From contig JAAOMT010000553.1 of the NCBI GenBank assembly GCA_016748015.1, positions 87,828-151,827 of the forward strand: DNA of 64,000 bases, written 5' to 3'. A program made the position numbers and the translations under genes. This DNA is from Geosiphon pyriformis uo1 (Eukaryota; Fungi; Glomeromycota). Of this stretch, positions 51,305 through 64,000 are shown piece after piece. Position 1 is the first letter of the stretch; every line of letters starts with the position of its first letter. The notes under the pieces were generated by a model that was not told the DNA's origin, searched no databases, and saw only the letters and a list, made by a program, of their open reading frames with translations.

Positions 51305-54300
51305 TCGCAAATAATGCCAGTCCACTAAATCATAAGCTTTGCACATATCTTGTAGCATTAATCAAAGCTCTTTGTTTTTCTCCAGAACATTCTCAACAAC
51401 TAAGCCAATAGCAAAAATAGGAAACTGGATCAAAGTACCCTTTAACACCAAAAAATTGTCACTACAAAGAACATTAAACTTGCTACAAGTCAAAGATATA
51501 CAATCAAATAAGATCTTAAATAGTATTTTACATGCTGTTTCGACTAATGCAATAGGTCTAGTATTAGTCAAAACACCATTCTACTTATAAGGTTTTGGAA
51601 TCATTGAAACTCACACTTTTTTCCACAGATTAAGAACTGCATCCATACTCAAACACAAATTCAATAATTTCAAAAAACAGGCCAAAATCTCTTTACCACA
51701 ATGCTTCTAAAGTTCATTAGGTATCCTTGATAACTCAGCTGCTTTATTGTTCAGTAGATTATCAACAACCAGAAACAAATCTTCCATACCAATTTCATTC
51801 ATTATACCAGAAAAAGGATATCATTTACATAATTCAAAGACATATATTGTCAAGTCCAGAGATCAGGTATTTTTGAAAGAACTGATTGTTTTCTTGTCCA
51901 TCCTTCCATAATTCTATTAACTTTGAGCTTTATCTCATTAGACTCAATTACCAGCTCATCATCTACTACCAAGTGATCCAAAACCATCTTGTGAAATAGA
52001 CATTCCAGAATGCTCTTTATCATCTTTTCTTTGTTAGAACAGAAGTTTTTCATATGACAGTCAATTGTCTTTCTTATAGCAATATTCTCAGCAACCTTAG
52101 ATTTGCAATACTTGGACTTATGATACCCTTTTCTTATTACTGACAAATGTTTAATCAATTCCATTGAGCTTACACCATTTAAAACCATGCTATCAACCTT
52201 GAAAGCTTTGACTATATTAATAGCCAACCAGATCTTAATAAGATGATTGAAATTCAGAAGATCACCAAAGTTCTAATATTTTACAACCTTTACAACAAGC
52301 AGCTTTAATTTAATGAATTTGGAAGATTGTTTATTCCTCAAACAGTCATATTCACTATACCAAATCCTAGAAAAAACTGTGTCAGCAGTCTGTACTATGG
52401 CTTTTTCCAACATTTTCTACATTGTATTCAAGTCACCATTGACTCTTGTCTTCTCAAACATGTCCGACCTAGCCAACAACTTGGCAAAAGAGCAGTCTTT
52501 AAAGCTTAACTATTAAACATTATCTGCATTCATTAATTTAAACTTCCACTGGTTTTAGTTGGCTTGTCTGCGAATGTTAATAAGATATATATCCAGCAGT
52601 CCACCCAAACCAATTGAAATGAAAACTAACTTATGATCTGTATCAAAAAACTCAAACACACCATCGACAAAATGTGATGCCATAGCAGATGCCAAATTCT
52701 CACTCACTAAAATAAAATCAATCACTTTCTCAACACCTCTAAAATTGCTCCAGATAGAAGCCTTGGCCAATGAGTATCCATCAAAAGTATTAATCAGGCC
52801 CAAACCCAAATAAAACTTGAAACTTGCACTTCTACTAGACCCATTTTCATTAAAATTACCACTTAAAACCACAAAAGAGCTGGAATTGACCACCTTAGAA
52901 ACCATAGAATTGATATTAGCAGCTTAACTAAATTATGTGCCAATGGATGCACCAGCATACAGATTTAAGATTATAACTAAAAGCTTGTTCTTAAACAGAA
53001 GATGCACAGAAATCAAACAACCAGAAATCTTATCCACTTTCAAAACATGCTGAGCCAAAGAATTGTTCATAATTATGGCAACCTCAGTACCACAAAACCC
53101 AATATCCAAACCAGAAGTAAAAACCCAAAGTTCATCAAATTTATTCATAATTCAAGGCCTAATGTTAGATCTCAATTTTGGTTCAGTAACAATCAAAATC
53201 ATATTGCCTGAATCTTTATGCCAACAAACAATGTCTTCCTGCTTAGCTAAATTTGACATACTCCTAATATTACACGTAGCCACTCTCCAAATGAGCTCAC
53301 TCATTGATGCAAAGGATGTACCAAAGAACCCAAATTTATGCACAACAGATCTAACTTTCCCAAGATTGAGCCAATAGAAACTTCAAGAGCCAACATCTTA
53401 GATTCCAAACTGTTAACTTTAGAGGTAAAAACTTTTGAACTGCTTAGACCCAAATCCACTACTTTGTCTTCTAATACTGAAGAAGAGAGAGGAAAGAATA
53501 GCCAAAGGACATTCAAAACCATATCAGTTTCTGGTAATGCCAATGTAAAAACAGGAGCAGCTGGAAGTACAACTTGAGTAATAGGCACCAGGGGCACCAG
53601 CTCCACACCATTTAATTTATGCACAATATCTAACACCTGATTAGCTAGTAATTCTAAGGAACATTTTAGTGAAGTTAGACAATTATTGATTGAGAATTTA
53701 TTTTGAACAACTGGTGCACTTCCCTTAATACTTGAAGAACCAGAAGAAAGAGGACCAGACCCAAAACCAGAGTCAAAATGAGGGCCACTAGAAGGAGAAA
53801 CAAGTAAGACCACTTGTACCCAAGATTTGCCACCAAAGACAGCAGATTTAGAAATAGAAACACCCTTCCTAGCATACAATTTTGCCAGCCAAAGATGATG
53901 GTTTTCTGAAGAGACTCTTTTAACAAGTCTTAAAAGCTTAAAGATGAGCAGAATTGATACATCACACTCCAGAGCAGAATGACCAAAATGTCCACACTTT
54001 TTACAGCAAACCAAGTCCAATCTAGCCCAAGATAATTTAACACCATCAAATATCAGCACAGTGTGATAAGCAGACTCCAAATCCTCCTTAGATTCAAAAC
54101 CAACTACAGTACAGTGTACCTGGTTGTCAGAATTCATTGAGCAATTAATAACACAGGTCTTCCCACCAGCCCCATCCAAAAAAGTGTCCAAATTATGAAC
54201 AATTGTTCTTACTGGCAAAGTAAACAGCAATGCTCTGAACCTATTTCTTGATGCCCAAGTCTCATGATCACTTACAGCTATGGCCACATGCACCGAATTT

Positions 54301-55300
54301 TTACCAATTAAGAAGGACCATTTAACAGCCAATTGTTTAGCCTGATCTAATTCAGCAAATTCTACCACAGCTTTTTGCCATAATTCAATAAGTTGAATTT
54401 TGATCAACTTAATTTCACCAAATTCAGCTAGTGCAGTGATGATCATATCCTTTAGTGTGTTTATGGGAATTTCTTTGATAACTACAGCCTAATTTGAACG
54501 AATTTCTTGTTTCTTAAGATTGCTGTTTATGATAATTCCCTCTTTTCTGGCCAATAATATAGCCTTAATCAAGCTCTCCTCAGAAATAAACATTAATCAA
54601 ATGATCCTTTCAAATTTTGAGGGAGTAGTGGCCCCCCCAAAACCATTTACTGTTGAAAAAATTTTCTTGATGAACTGAGTCTTTGTTGTAGCAGATTTGC
54701 CCTCCACCATTGAAAGATTGATATCCAAAGCAAATGACCTTCTAACAGAAACTTCTACAGGCATTTTCACAATTTTAGGATCTATCCATTTCTTTTCCAA
54801 AGATATACCAAGAGGGGGTGGGAGGAGTTCCACTTCTTTTTCTATTTCATAATTGGGGGAGCCAAGAGAAGACCTAAAGACTATGCTGGAATTCATTTTC
54901 TTTGCTTTAAGAGTAGTGGCTGCTTAGCCTAAAAAAGACTTACTGTTGACACTTTTTATGACTATATTGTCTTCATTACAACTAAACTCACTATCCATGT
55001 CTGAGTACATGCTATTAGAACTAAGTTTGACTAAAGAAATGTTCTTTTCATTACCTGAATGTTTAATATTACCAAGAACTACCTTCTTCTTTTGGGAAAA
55101 AGAACCACCAGCAGGACCATAGAGAGTACCCTTAGGCACTTTTTTCTTAGACATATCATTGCTAGAAGCAGTCTTTAAATTCACAACAAAAGAGTTATTA
55201 GTTAAAAAAATATTGATATAAACTTAACAAAAAAAAACAAAAAACTTCTTTTTCAGAAAAGCACTTTTTGAGAATTTGTAGATGTAAGAGAAAAAGAAGT
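51305..55300 (-). mobile_element. LINE 5' part (5' UTR, ORF1, APE, RT N-half), truncated at a Gypsy LTR
   Basis: ORF1 55184-53301 (CKKCGHFGHSALEC); ORF2 starts MSELIWRVATCN at 53304; RPIALVETACKI...KAYD ends at 51305. Confidence 0.92.
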
Positions 55301-55740
55301 TTTTTTTGTGTTTTTACCTATTTGTGCTAATACAATTAAAAATAAAATTATAAAACTTTATGTCTTGGGTAGACAAAAATTAAGAATAAACACTACTTTT
55401 ATCAAAAAAAATTTCTTTTTTTTTATTCATATTTATAATATAATTAGGATACTTAGATATTATCAAATCTAAAATTTCTTTTATATCAGATCTTTAGATA
55501 TTTTCTAATAACAAAGCCTTTGTTTTAATTATTACTCATTATATTAATGATAATTAAAATCTTCAACAAACAATAATTGATTTTGAATTAATAAATAAAT
55601 AACATAATAGAATAAATTTTGCAAATAAAATTTTTAAAATATTAAAAAATTAAAAAATTATATCAAAAATACATATATATATTCTTGTATGAATTTAGAT
55701 GAGTTGATAGCCAATAATAAAATCAATATATTATACAACA

Positions 55741-55966
55741 TATTAATATTATTTAAGACTTAGAGTTATTATAATGCTTATATTATCAAAAATTACATTT
55801 TTTTAATATTGGCTTAAGTTAGTTTTTATTATTATCTTAATGCTAAATTTTTAGTATTAATATTATCTTAAGTTCAGAGTTATCACAGTGCTTATATCAT
55901 CAAAAATCATATTTTTTTAATGTTAGCTTAAATGGTTTTTATTATTGTCTTAAGCTAAATTTTCAG
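55741..55966. repeat. Diverged two-copy tandem repeat, ~113-bp unit
   Basis: tattaat..att..taag..cagagttat...gctaaatttt repeated at ~55741 and ~55855. Confidence 0.75.
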
Positions 55967-56210
55967 CCAAAAAAGTTAAGAAAAAAGTTTAAAAAAGAGT
56001 TATACTTACTCTTTTTTTATACAAGTTTACTATTAATTTTATTAACTATAACATAATTTCTTTTCAATAATTTCTTGTTATTATTTTTAATAATGCTGTA
56101 AATAATAGTATTTTTATAAGAAAGTTAATAAAAAAATTAAAAAAAAAACATTCAATGAAACTCAAAAGACTTTTGATTTTGATACTTTAATCATATTTTA
56201 AACTTGGCAG

Positions 56211-59200
56211 TGTTACGGTTTAAGAATTTAGCAAAAAGAATCATAAAAATAATACAAACTATTCAATCATAATATAGCACAGTAATAATCTTAGAAAGGT
56301 AATAATTAACATAGTAGCAAACACCATCTCGCGATAGTGGCAAGCACCAGTTCACAATAGCAGCCAACACCAACTGGTGATAGCAGCAAGCACCAGGTTG
56401 AAATATCAAAAAGAAAGTATTTTCTTGTAGAACTATAAACATGTATATATACAGTAGTTTTAATATTGGGAAAGAATCAATCAAGTAATAAAAATCATAA
56501 CTTATCAAGCAATAGATCCAATTTTATCCAACAAACTCCACTTTAAATCATACTTTCAAATTAAATATCCCAAGAAAACTTTAAAATCAAAAAGAAATGA
56601 AAAAGAATATTTAAAACTGAACTATCACAACCCAAAGTATTAAGAAACTTACTTGTATTATTTATTGAATGAAACTATCATTCATCAACTGAATCCCTTG
56701 GAAGANNNNNNNNNNNNNNNNNNNNNNNNNNNAATAATAATTAGCAATAATTCATTGCTAAAAAGGAAAAGACAAAAGTGGCGACAAAAACCCCTAATCT
56801 TACTGTTCTTGAATTCTGCCATGCTATTTACACACAAAATCAAAGTGATCTTGGATTACCAGAAGGGTGTTGTCCAGCAGAATCTGCCCTCACTTATTAT
56901 ATCAACGCCAGAATAAATTATCATATAGGAAAGGAAGAAGAACCACACGACACAAAACTTGGATTGTATAGAGAATTATCACAATACACTACAAAAGAAG
57001 TAGCAGTAATAGCCACAACTATTGTCAAAATCCATCGAGAAATTGAGCAATACGCCAACGAAAATTTTCCAATATCCACAGGAAACACTAGGGAACGCGC
57101 CAACAAAACCAAAGAAAATTTAGAAACTAATCAGAAAAGTAACCAGCAAAAACTAGGAACACCAGCTCAAACGCCAAAGAAAACTGTCACTCAATCAATA
57201 AAGAAACAACGTATTTATTTACCAGAAGATAAATTATACCATTTTTCACCAGAAAATAAGATACAAATTCCATTAGAAGCTGCATCATCATCAACATCAA
57301 CTCCACAAATGCCAAGAACTCCTAGTTATATTGATAAAATTAAACAACGTAACTGGGGAGACATACCAATTACAGGAGGATATTCATCACTATTCCAAAA
57401 CCCTCTTTTTCAGCCAAAATTTAGAATGGGGTTTGAAAACCGTGAAGAAGAGTCTGAATCAGAATCCGAAAAAGAGACCAGCAAAAAAACAATCACAAGA
57501 CCAGTCACTGGAACAAGCAGCCAGTCCAGAAACCAAGAAACTCGTGATCAAGAGGAAGAACCGGATATAAGGAAAGCCACCTTTAGGAACACTCAAGGAA
57601 ATATCATCCCACCTCCTCTTAGACCAATAAACCCACCAGCAGAAAACGGCAACGAAATAACCACACCATATATTGCAAGACTAACAGATTTCTCAGGAGA
57701 GGAAGAAGAAACGGACGTGCACACATGGCTCAGAGAAGCACAAAAAGCCATCCAGGCAAATAACTGGAACGACCAAAGAGCAATTCAAACATTACCTTTC
57801 TTCCTGAAAGGCACAGCTGACTTGTGGTATCAAAGCCTGGAAACAAAACCNNNNNNNNNNNNNNNNNNNNAACGCGTTGGTCCAGAGGAATCCAAACCGT
57901 GCTGGAACCAATCAGCAAACCAATCCAAACTACCAAAATTATCAACAAACTTACCTTAATATACCGGAAAACCTGATCATCAGAAACAATGACGGTAGAA
58001 ACATAAACAGAACCAAGAATTTCTCCAAATTGAGCCAGACAATACCACCAGCAGTTGCCACCAAAGATAGCAGCCTCGCAGCTATTTTTCCTTTTGAATT
58101 AGAGGAAAACGAGGCTATGTTCAGTGAAGCAGCATTGGACGAAAAACGCCCAATCACTGCTATGTATACGAAAGCCACTGTAAACAATACTCCAATCAAA
58201 CTTATCTTAGACAGCGGATCTGCTGGAAGCATCGTAACGCTTCAACTAGTAAACCAACTGGGTTTCAAAGTTAATCGTGCCGCGACATCCCAAATCATAA
58301 CAGCCGATGGAAATACAAAGCTGNNNNNNNNNNNNNNNNNNNNAATTCGCCGTCGGATTGAAGCGATTGAACAAGGATACGACACTGATCCTCAGGTTTT
58401 AAATCAGTTTATTAGAGGATTAAAAAGCAGCATTTTAGGAAGAGTACGCCCTGCCCACCCTAATTCCTTACCAGAAGCCGTTACGCTCGCCAGAGCCCTT
58501 GAATCGGCTGAGAAAGAAGCTAACCATAGTCAAATGGTTAACATGGTAATGGAGGAAAATAAGACAGAAACATTAGAGAAAAGAGTAACGCGATTAGGGG
58601 AGGAACTCTCTAAGAAAATAGAAAGTTACCTCATCCCGGATCCGAGAAAAAATACATACCAACCACCCCAAAGACACAGCCAGGAAGTCAGCGACAGTTG
58701 AAATAATCGCTCGTCGCGCCAGGAATTCAGAACAGAAACACACGCCTGCCATTTTTGCAAATGCGTAAGACATTTGATTAGTCAATGTCGAACGCGAATG
58801 ATGCAGGAAGCACGCGAAAATAATTACTACGCACCACCCCAAATGCCCAGAAACCAGTACATGCCAATACCACGCCAATATCCCACCACGTATCAAAATC
58901 AAAGAGCTTACCAGCAACAGCCCATAATAACCAATCCGAATTGGCGTCCCGAGGCCCGAAATCAGCCCATGTGGAACCAGAACGCGTTGGTCCAGAGGAA
59001 TCCAAACCGTGCTGGAACCAATCAGCAAACCAATCCAAACTACCAAAATTATCAACAAACTTACCTTAATATACCGGAAAACCTGATCATCAGAAACAAT
59101 GACGGTAGAAACATAAACAGAACCAAGAATTTCTCCAAATTGAGCCAGACAATACCACCAGCAGTTGCCACCAAAGATAGCAGCCTCGCAGCTATTTTTC

Positions 59201-62200
59201 CTTTTGAATTAGAGGAAAACGAGGCTATGTTCAGTGAAGCAGCATTGGACGAAAAACGCCCAATCACTGCTATGTATACGAAAGCCACTGTAAACAATAC
59301 TCCAATCAAACTTATCTTAGACAGCGGATCTGCTGGAAGCATCGTAACGCTTCAACTAGTAAACCAACTGGGTTTCAAAGTTAATCGTGCCGCGACATCC
59401 CAAATCATAACAGCCGATGGAAATACAAAGCTGCCTTATGGCGAAATCGACTCATTCCCTTTCGAAATTAACGGCATAGTAATACCTACAAAAGTATTAG
59501 TAATGGACGCTACACAATATCAAGCGTTAGTAGGAAATGACTGGCTAACAAAAGCCAATGCCACCCTAGACTGGACCACCCAAGAGCTTCTGATCAATTA
59601 TAACGGCCACCAGGCCAAAATTCCAGCCACCTGTGGCCACTTCCAAAAACCCAGCGCCAACCAAAGACCTACCTTTGAATTTGAGGAAAATCCAGCACTA
59701 CCAGCCATCGAAACCTATCAGCTCTCTTGGGCTGATGACCAAAGAACAGGATTACCAGCCATACCAACGTGGACCAGCGAAGAAAGATCCGAATGGAACC
59801 AGGTAAGTTCACGAAGAAACCACCAGCGATGCAGACCAAAGCTAGAATGCTCAGTTTGCAAGAAAAAACTCTCGTCTATGACTGCATGCAGTGCACCAGA
59901 CGAAGACCCAAGAAACCCCACCCACTACTATTGTAACCGTTGTAACAAAAAAAAATACGGTTATCCAGAAAGACACGGAAAATGGGACGAGGAACCGTGC
60001 CTCGCTTGTGGAGAACCGTTACCAAGAGGGTGCGACTGAAACGACTTACCAGGCAGAGGAGGAATGTGTGACGCAACTTGCCAATACACGATCCTCATCT
60101 GTGACTGGGTAAGAGGAGGAACGCCGTTCGAAGCAGCGTTCAACAGAGTGTTAAAAAGACTATAGCACTACCCACACGACGAGGACGAGTTGTACAACAC
60201 CGCACAAGCCAAAGTAAAAGGAGGAACCGCCAAAGAAATACGACGTTGGAAAGAGTCAGCCGAAGTAGCCGACAAAGTCACCAGCTACAACATGTTCGAC
60301 TCAGTGGATGAATTCCAGGACTACTACCAACAACTATGCCCCACTTGACAAGAGCAAGAACAATACCTCGCCCAAATCAACACTTACCTCTGCGAAAACT
60401 GTCTTATCCCGTGCCAAAGTCAGTACTGTGAAGAGTGTCAAGACGAAAGGGACTTAGAAAGAAAAATGGAAATTGAGAATCAGCAGTCTCAAAATCAATC
60501 AATAAATCAACAAGACTCACCTGACAGTCCTGAGTCAGAAAAATTTGTAGCCTATACCGACCTAGAACAGATGACCGACATCCAATACTTCGACAACAGG
60601 CACTTAGGAATAATACCCGAAAGAGCCCATCCAACCGATGCCGGATTTGATCTACGTTATCCGGAAGACCAATCCACAACGTTACCATCCAGGAGCATCA
60701 CCAAAATCGACCTAAAAATAGCGGTTGAAATTCCGCCAGGAATAATGGTTCAAATGGCGTCGCGATCAAGCCTCGCGAAAAAAAGAATAAGCGTTCAAGG
60801 AGGAGTAATTGACTCCGGATACACTGGAAATTTGATGGTTTTGCTACAGAACAATTCAGAAAAGCCTTATACCATTGAATCTAAGGAAAAAATTGCACAA
60901 GCAATTTTCCTACCATTGGTAAAAATTGGGAAATTTGTGCCAGTAGAAAATCGTGAGGAATTGTCACAAACAACGAGAGGAACTTTTGGTTTCGGATCGA
61001 CAGGAAAAGGAATTGAAGCGAATTTCGCTGAAACAATAGAGGAAAAAGGCGAAGTAATTAAAAATGAGCAGTCCATCACGCTCCTACCATATGGAAAATC
61101 AGAAATAAGAATAAAAAGGACAATTAAAGAAAAAGACCTAATATTTGAGCCCTATCCAGAAACTTGCCAACAGTTTCTCATAGGACTTACTAACCTTTTT
61201 ATTCCAGCTGATAAAGCTCNNNNNNNNNNNNNNNNNNNNNNNNNNNNNNNNNNNNNNNNNNNNNNNNNNNNNNNNNNNNNNNNNNNNNNNNNNNNNNNNN
61301 NNNNNNNNNNNNNNNNNNNNNNNNNNNNNNNNNNNNNNNNNNNNNNNNNNNNNNNNNNNNNNNNNNNNNNNNNNNNNNNNNNNNNNNNNNNNNNNNNNNN
61401 NNNNNNNNNNNNNNNNNNNNNNNNNNNNNNNNNNNNNNNNNNNNNNNNNNNNCTGAAAAACAATGCGCTTACCGTGTCCCACCAATGGAGCATAATTTTA
61501 TCAGAGAAGAAGTCCAAAGCATGTTGGAAAAAGGAATAATACAACCATCAATGAGCCCATGGTCCTCACCAGTTGTTTTAGTAAGGAAAAAGAATGGAAA
61601 AATTAGATTTTGCATCGACTATCGCAAACTAAACAGCAAAACAACCAAAGACTCATACCCAATACCGTTAATTGACGAAATCTTCGACGTTTTTGGAGGA
61701 GCAAAATGGTTTTCTACACTGGACTTGACCAGTGGGTATTGGCAAGTGGAAATGGACCCAAAGAACAGGCATAAAACAGCATTCACAACACAAAATGGCA
61801 ATTATGAGTTCAATGTAATGCCATTTGGATTAATAAATGCTCCCGCGACATTCCAAAGACTAATGGACGTAATTTACTCCAGAATTCTGTGACAATCCAT
61901 TGTTGTCTACTTGGATGATACAAATGTTTTCTTGTCAAAATTCATGGATCATCTCCAACATTTACAACAAGTTTTTGAGAGATTGAGACACGCTGGACTT
62001 AAACTAAATCTAGAAAAATGTTTCTTTGGGAAAAATGAGCTAGCATTTTTAGGACACGTAGTTGGAAAAGATGGAATAAAACCAGATCCATCAAAAATAG
62101 ACAAAGTGAAAAATTTTCCAGTACCTTGAAACATCTCAGAAGTTAGAAGCTTTTTAGGACTCGCATCTTACTACCACCACTTTATAGAAAACTTTTCAAA

Positions 62201-64000
62201 CATCGCCAAACCCCTTAATTACTTAATATCTAAAAATGTGAAGTTTGAATGGACTGAAGCACAACAAAAAGCTTTTGAGTACCTTAGACAAAAGCTCATT
62301 GAATCACCAATAATGATCTATCCGAATTTCAACAAGAAATTCATTTTGGCTACAGATGCCTCTGGAACTGGACTTGGAGCCATTCTGTCACAAAAAGATG
62401 ATAATGGAAGAGAACATGTAATTGCTTATGCCAGCAGAAGTCTTAGTACGGCAGAACAAAACTATGCAGCACATGAACTTGAATGCTTAGCAGTAGTCTG
62501 GAGTTGTGTTCACTTTGACACATATTTACAGTATCAACCCTTTGAAATTACGACAGATCATAGAGGTCTGGTCTGGTTAAATAACAAGAAAGTGCTAAAA
62601 GGAAAATACGCCAGATGGTCACAAACGTTAGCACCATATGATTATATTATCAAATACAAAGAAGGTACCAAAAATGCTAATGCCGACTGTTTGTCAAGAA
62701 TGAGACACACATAAAAATCACCAACCCACCCGCCACAACAACAATGAACAACCACCTTTACAAAAACCTCAGCCAATACTTGGAAACACTACAAATAGAC
62801 AAAGNNNNNNNNNNNNNNNNNNNNNNNNNNNNNNNNNNNNNNNNNNNNNNNNNNNNNNNNNNNNNNNNNNNNNNNNNNNNNNNNNNNNNNNNNNNNNNNN
62901 NNNNNNNNNNNNNNNNNNNNNNNNNNNNNNNNNNNNNNNNNNNNNNNNNNNNNNNNNNNNNNNNNNNNNNNNNNNNNNNNNNNNNNNNNNNNNNNNNNNN
63001 NNNNNNNNNNNNNNNNNNNNNNNNNNNNNNNNNNNNNNNNNNNNNNNNNNNNNNNNNNNNNNNNNNNNNNNNNNNNNNNNNNNNNNNNNNNNNNNNNNNN
63101 NNNNNNNNNNNNNNNNNNNNNNNNNNNNNNNNNNNNNNNNNNNNNNNNNNNNNNNNNNNNNNNNNNNNNNNNNNNNNNNNNNNNNNNNNGAGCAAAAACA
63201 ACGGAATTATTAAGACCAATAAAAGTTGGACAGCCATTTGACAGAATTGGAATTGATTTAGTTGGACCCTTACCAATAACAACAAAAAACAACCATTATA
63301 TTGCAGTAGCCATGGACTATCTCACCAAATGGCCAGAAGCTAGAGCTATTAAAACAGCTGATGCTATTTCCGTAGCTCAATTCGTACATGAAGACTTAAT
63401 TTGCCGACATGGATGTCCACAAGAATTGCTATCAGATCAAGGCACACACTTCGTAAACAGCACCTTAAAAGAACTTAGCCAAAAATTTGGAATCAAGCGA
63501 CCACTGTCATCACCATACCACTCTCAAACAAATGGATTAGTTAAAAGATTTAATTGCACATTATGCGAATCACTGGCGAAAATTAGTAACAAACATGAAA
63601 AAGAATGGGATTTGTTCATACCAGCAGTACTACTAGCATATAAAACAGTAAAACAAGATACTATACAATTCACACCGTTCGAACTAGTTTATGGAAGAAA
63701 AGCCACATTACCCATTGAACTTACTATTCCAACTTATCCGAGTGACACTATTACGGAAGCAACATTCCAGGAAACACTACTTAGAAGAACATACGAATTA
63801 ATGGGAACTTTAGAAAACAAAAGAAGAAAAGCAGCACAAAATATTGAACAATCACAAGAACAACAAAAAGTGAGACATGATAACCAGTTACCAGATAATA
63901 TAATTAGCTACAAAATTGGAGATAAAGTATTGTTGCATCGTACAAAAATGGAAAAACAGTGGAGTGGAAAATTTGATCACAAGTGGGATGGACCATTTTA
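56211..64000 (+). mobile_element. Young Ty3/Gypsy element, family C (5' LTR from 56211; gag-PR-Cys-dUTPase-RT-RH, separate integrase), gapped, continues past the window
   Basis: TGTTAC start; gag (DVHTWLREAQKAI), knuckle CHFCKCVRHLISQC, PR LILDSGSAGS, dUTPase DAGFDL...RGTFGFGSTG (~60620-61005), RT YLDD (~61908), RH ATDAS...TDH...NADCLSR, integrase from ATG 62744 to KWDGPF. Confidence 0.93.

Noticed and set aside
57871-58323. Apparent duplication of the gag-protease segment (same as 58981-59433)
   Set aside because: An apparently exact copy bounded by N gaps on both sides and out of order in gag; most likely a scaffolding artefact.

Overview
Eukaryotic, AT-rich, transposon-dominated fungal DNA. 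Intron style, the 28S fragment and the TE families suggest Glomeromycotina or another Mucoromycota lineage (inference). There are two small gene islands. Island 1 (8.4-12.1 kb) holds an NSE2/MMS21 SUMO ligase convergent with an unusual SPX-ACT-ACT-phosphoserine phosphatase fusion gene. Island 2 (35.8-38.9 kb) holds a ~490-bp inverted duplication of a restriction-endonuclease-fold (CRN/REase-like) exon pointing outward from an isolated 28S rRNA fragment, followed by a Sos7/Kre28-like kinetochore gene. The rest is nested retroelements: APE-RT-RNaseH LINEs, Ty3/Gypsy elements and solo LTRs with 4-bp TSDs, at different stages of C>T/G>A decay. The two best-preserved Gypsy elements share a gag-PR-Cys-rich-dUTPase-RT-RH ORF followed by a separately started integrase ORF. 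The complete one also has a third, unknown ORF before the 3' LTR.
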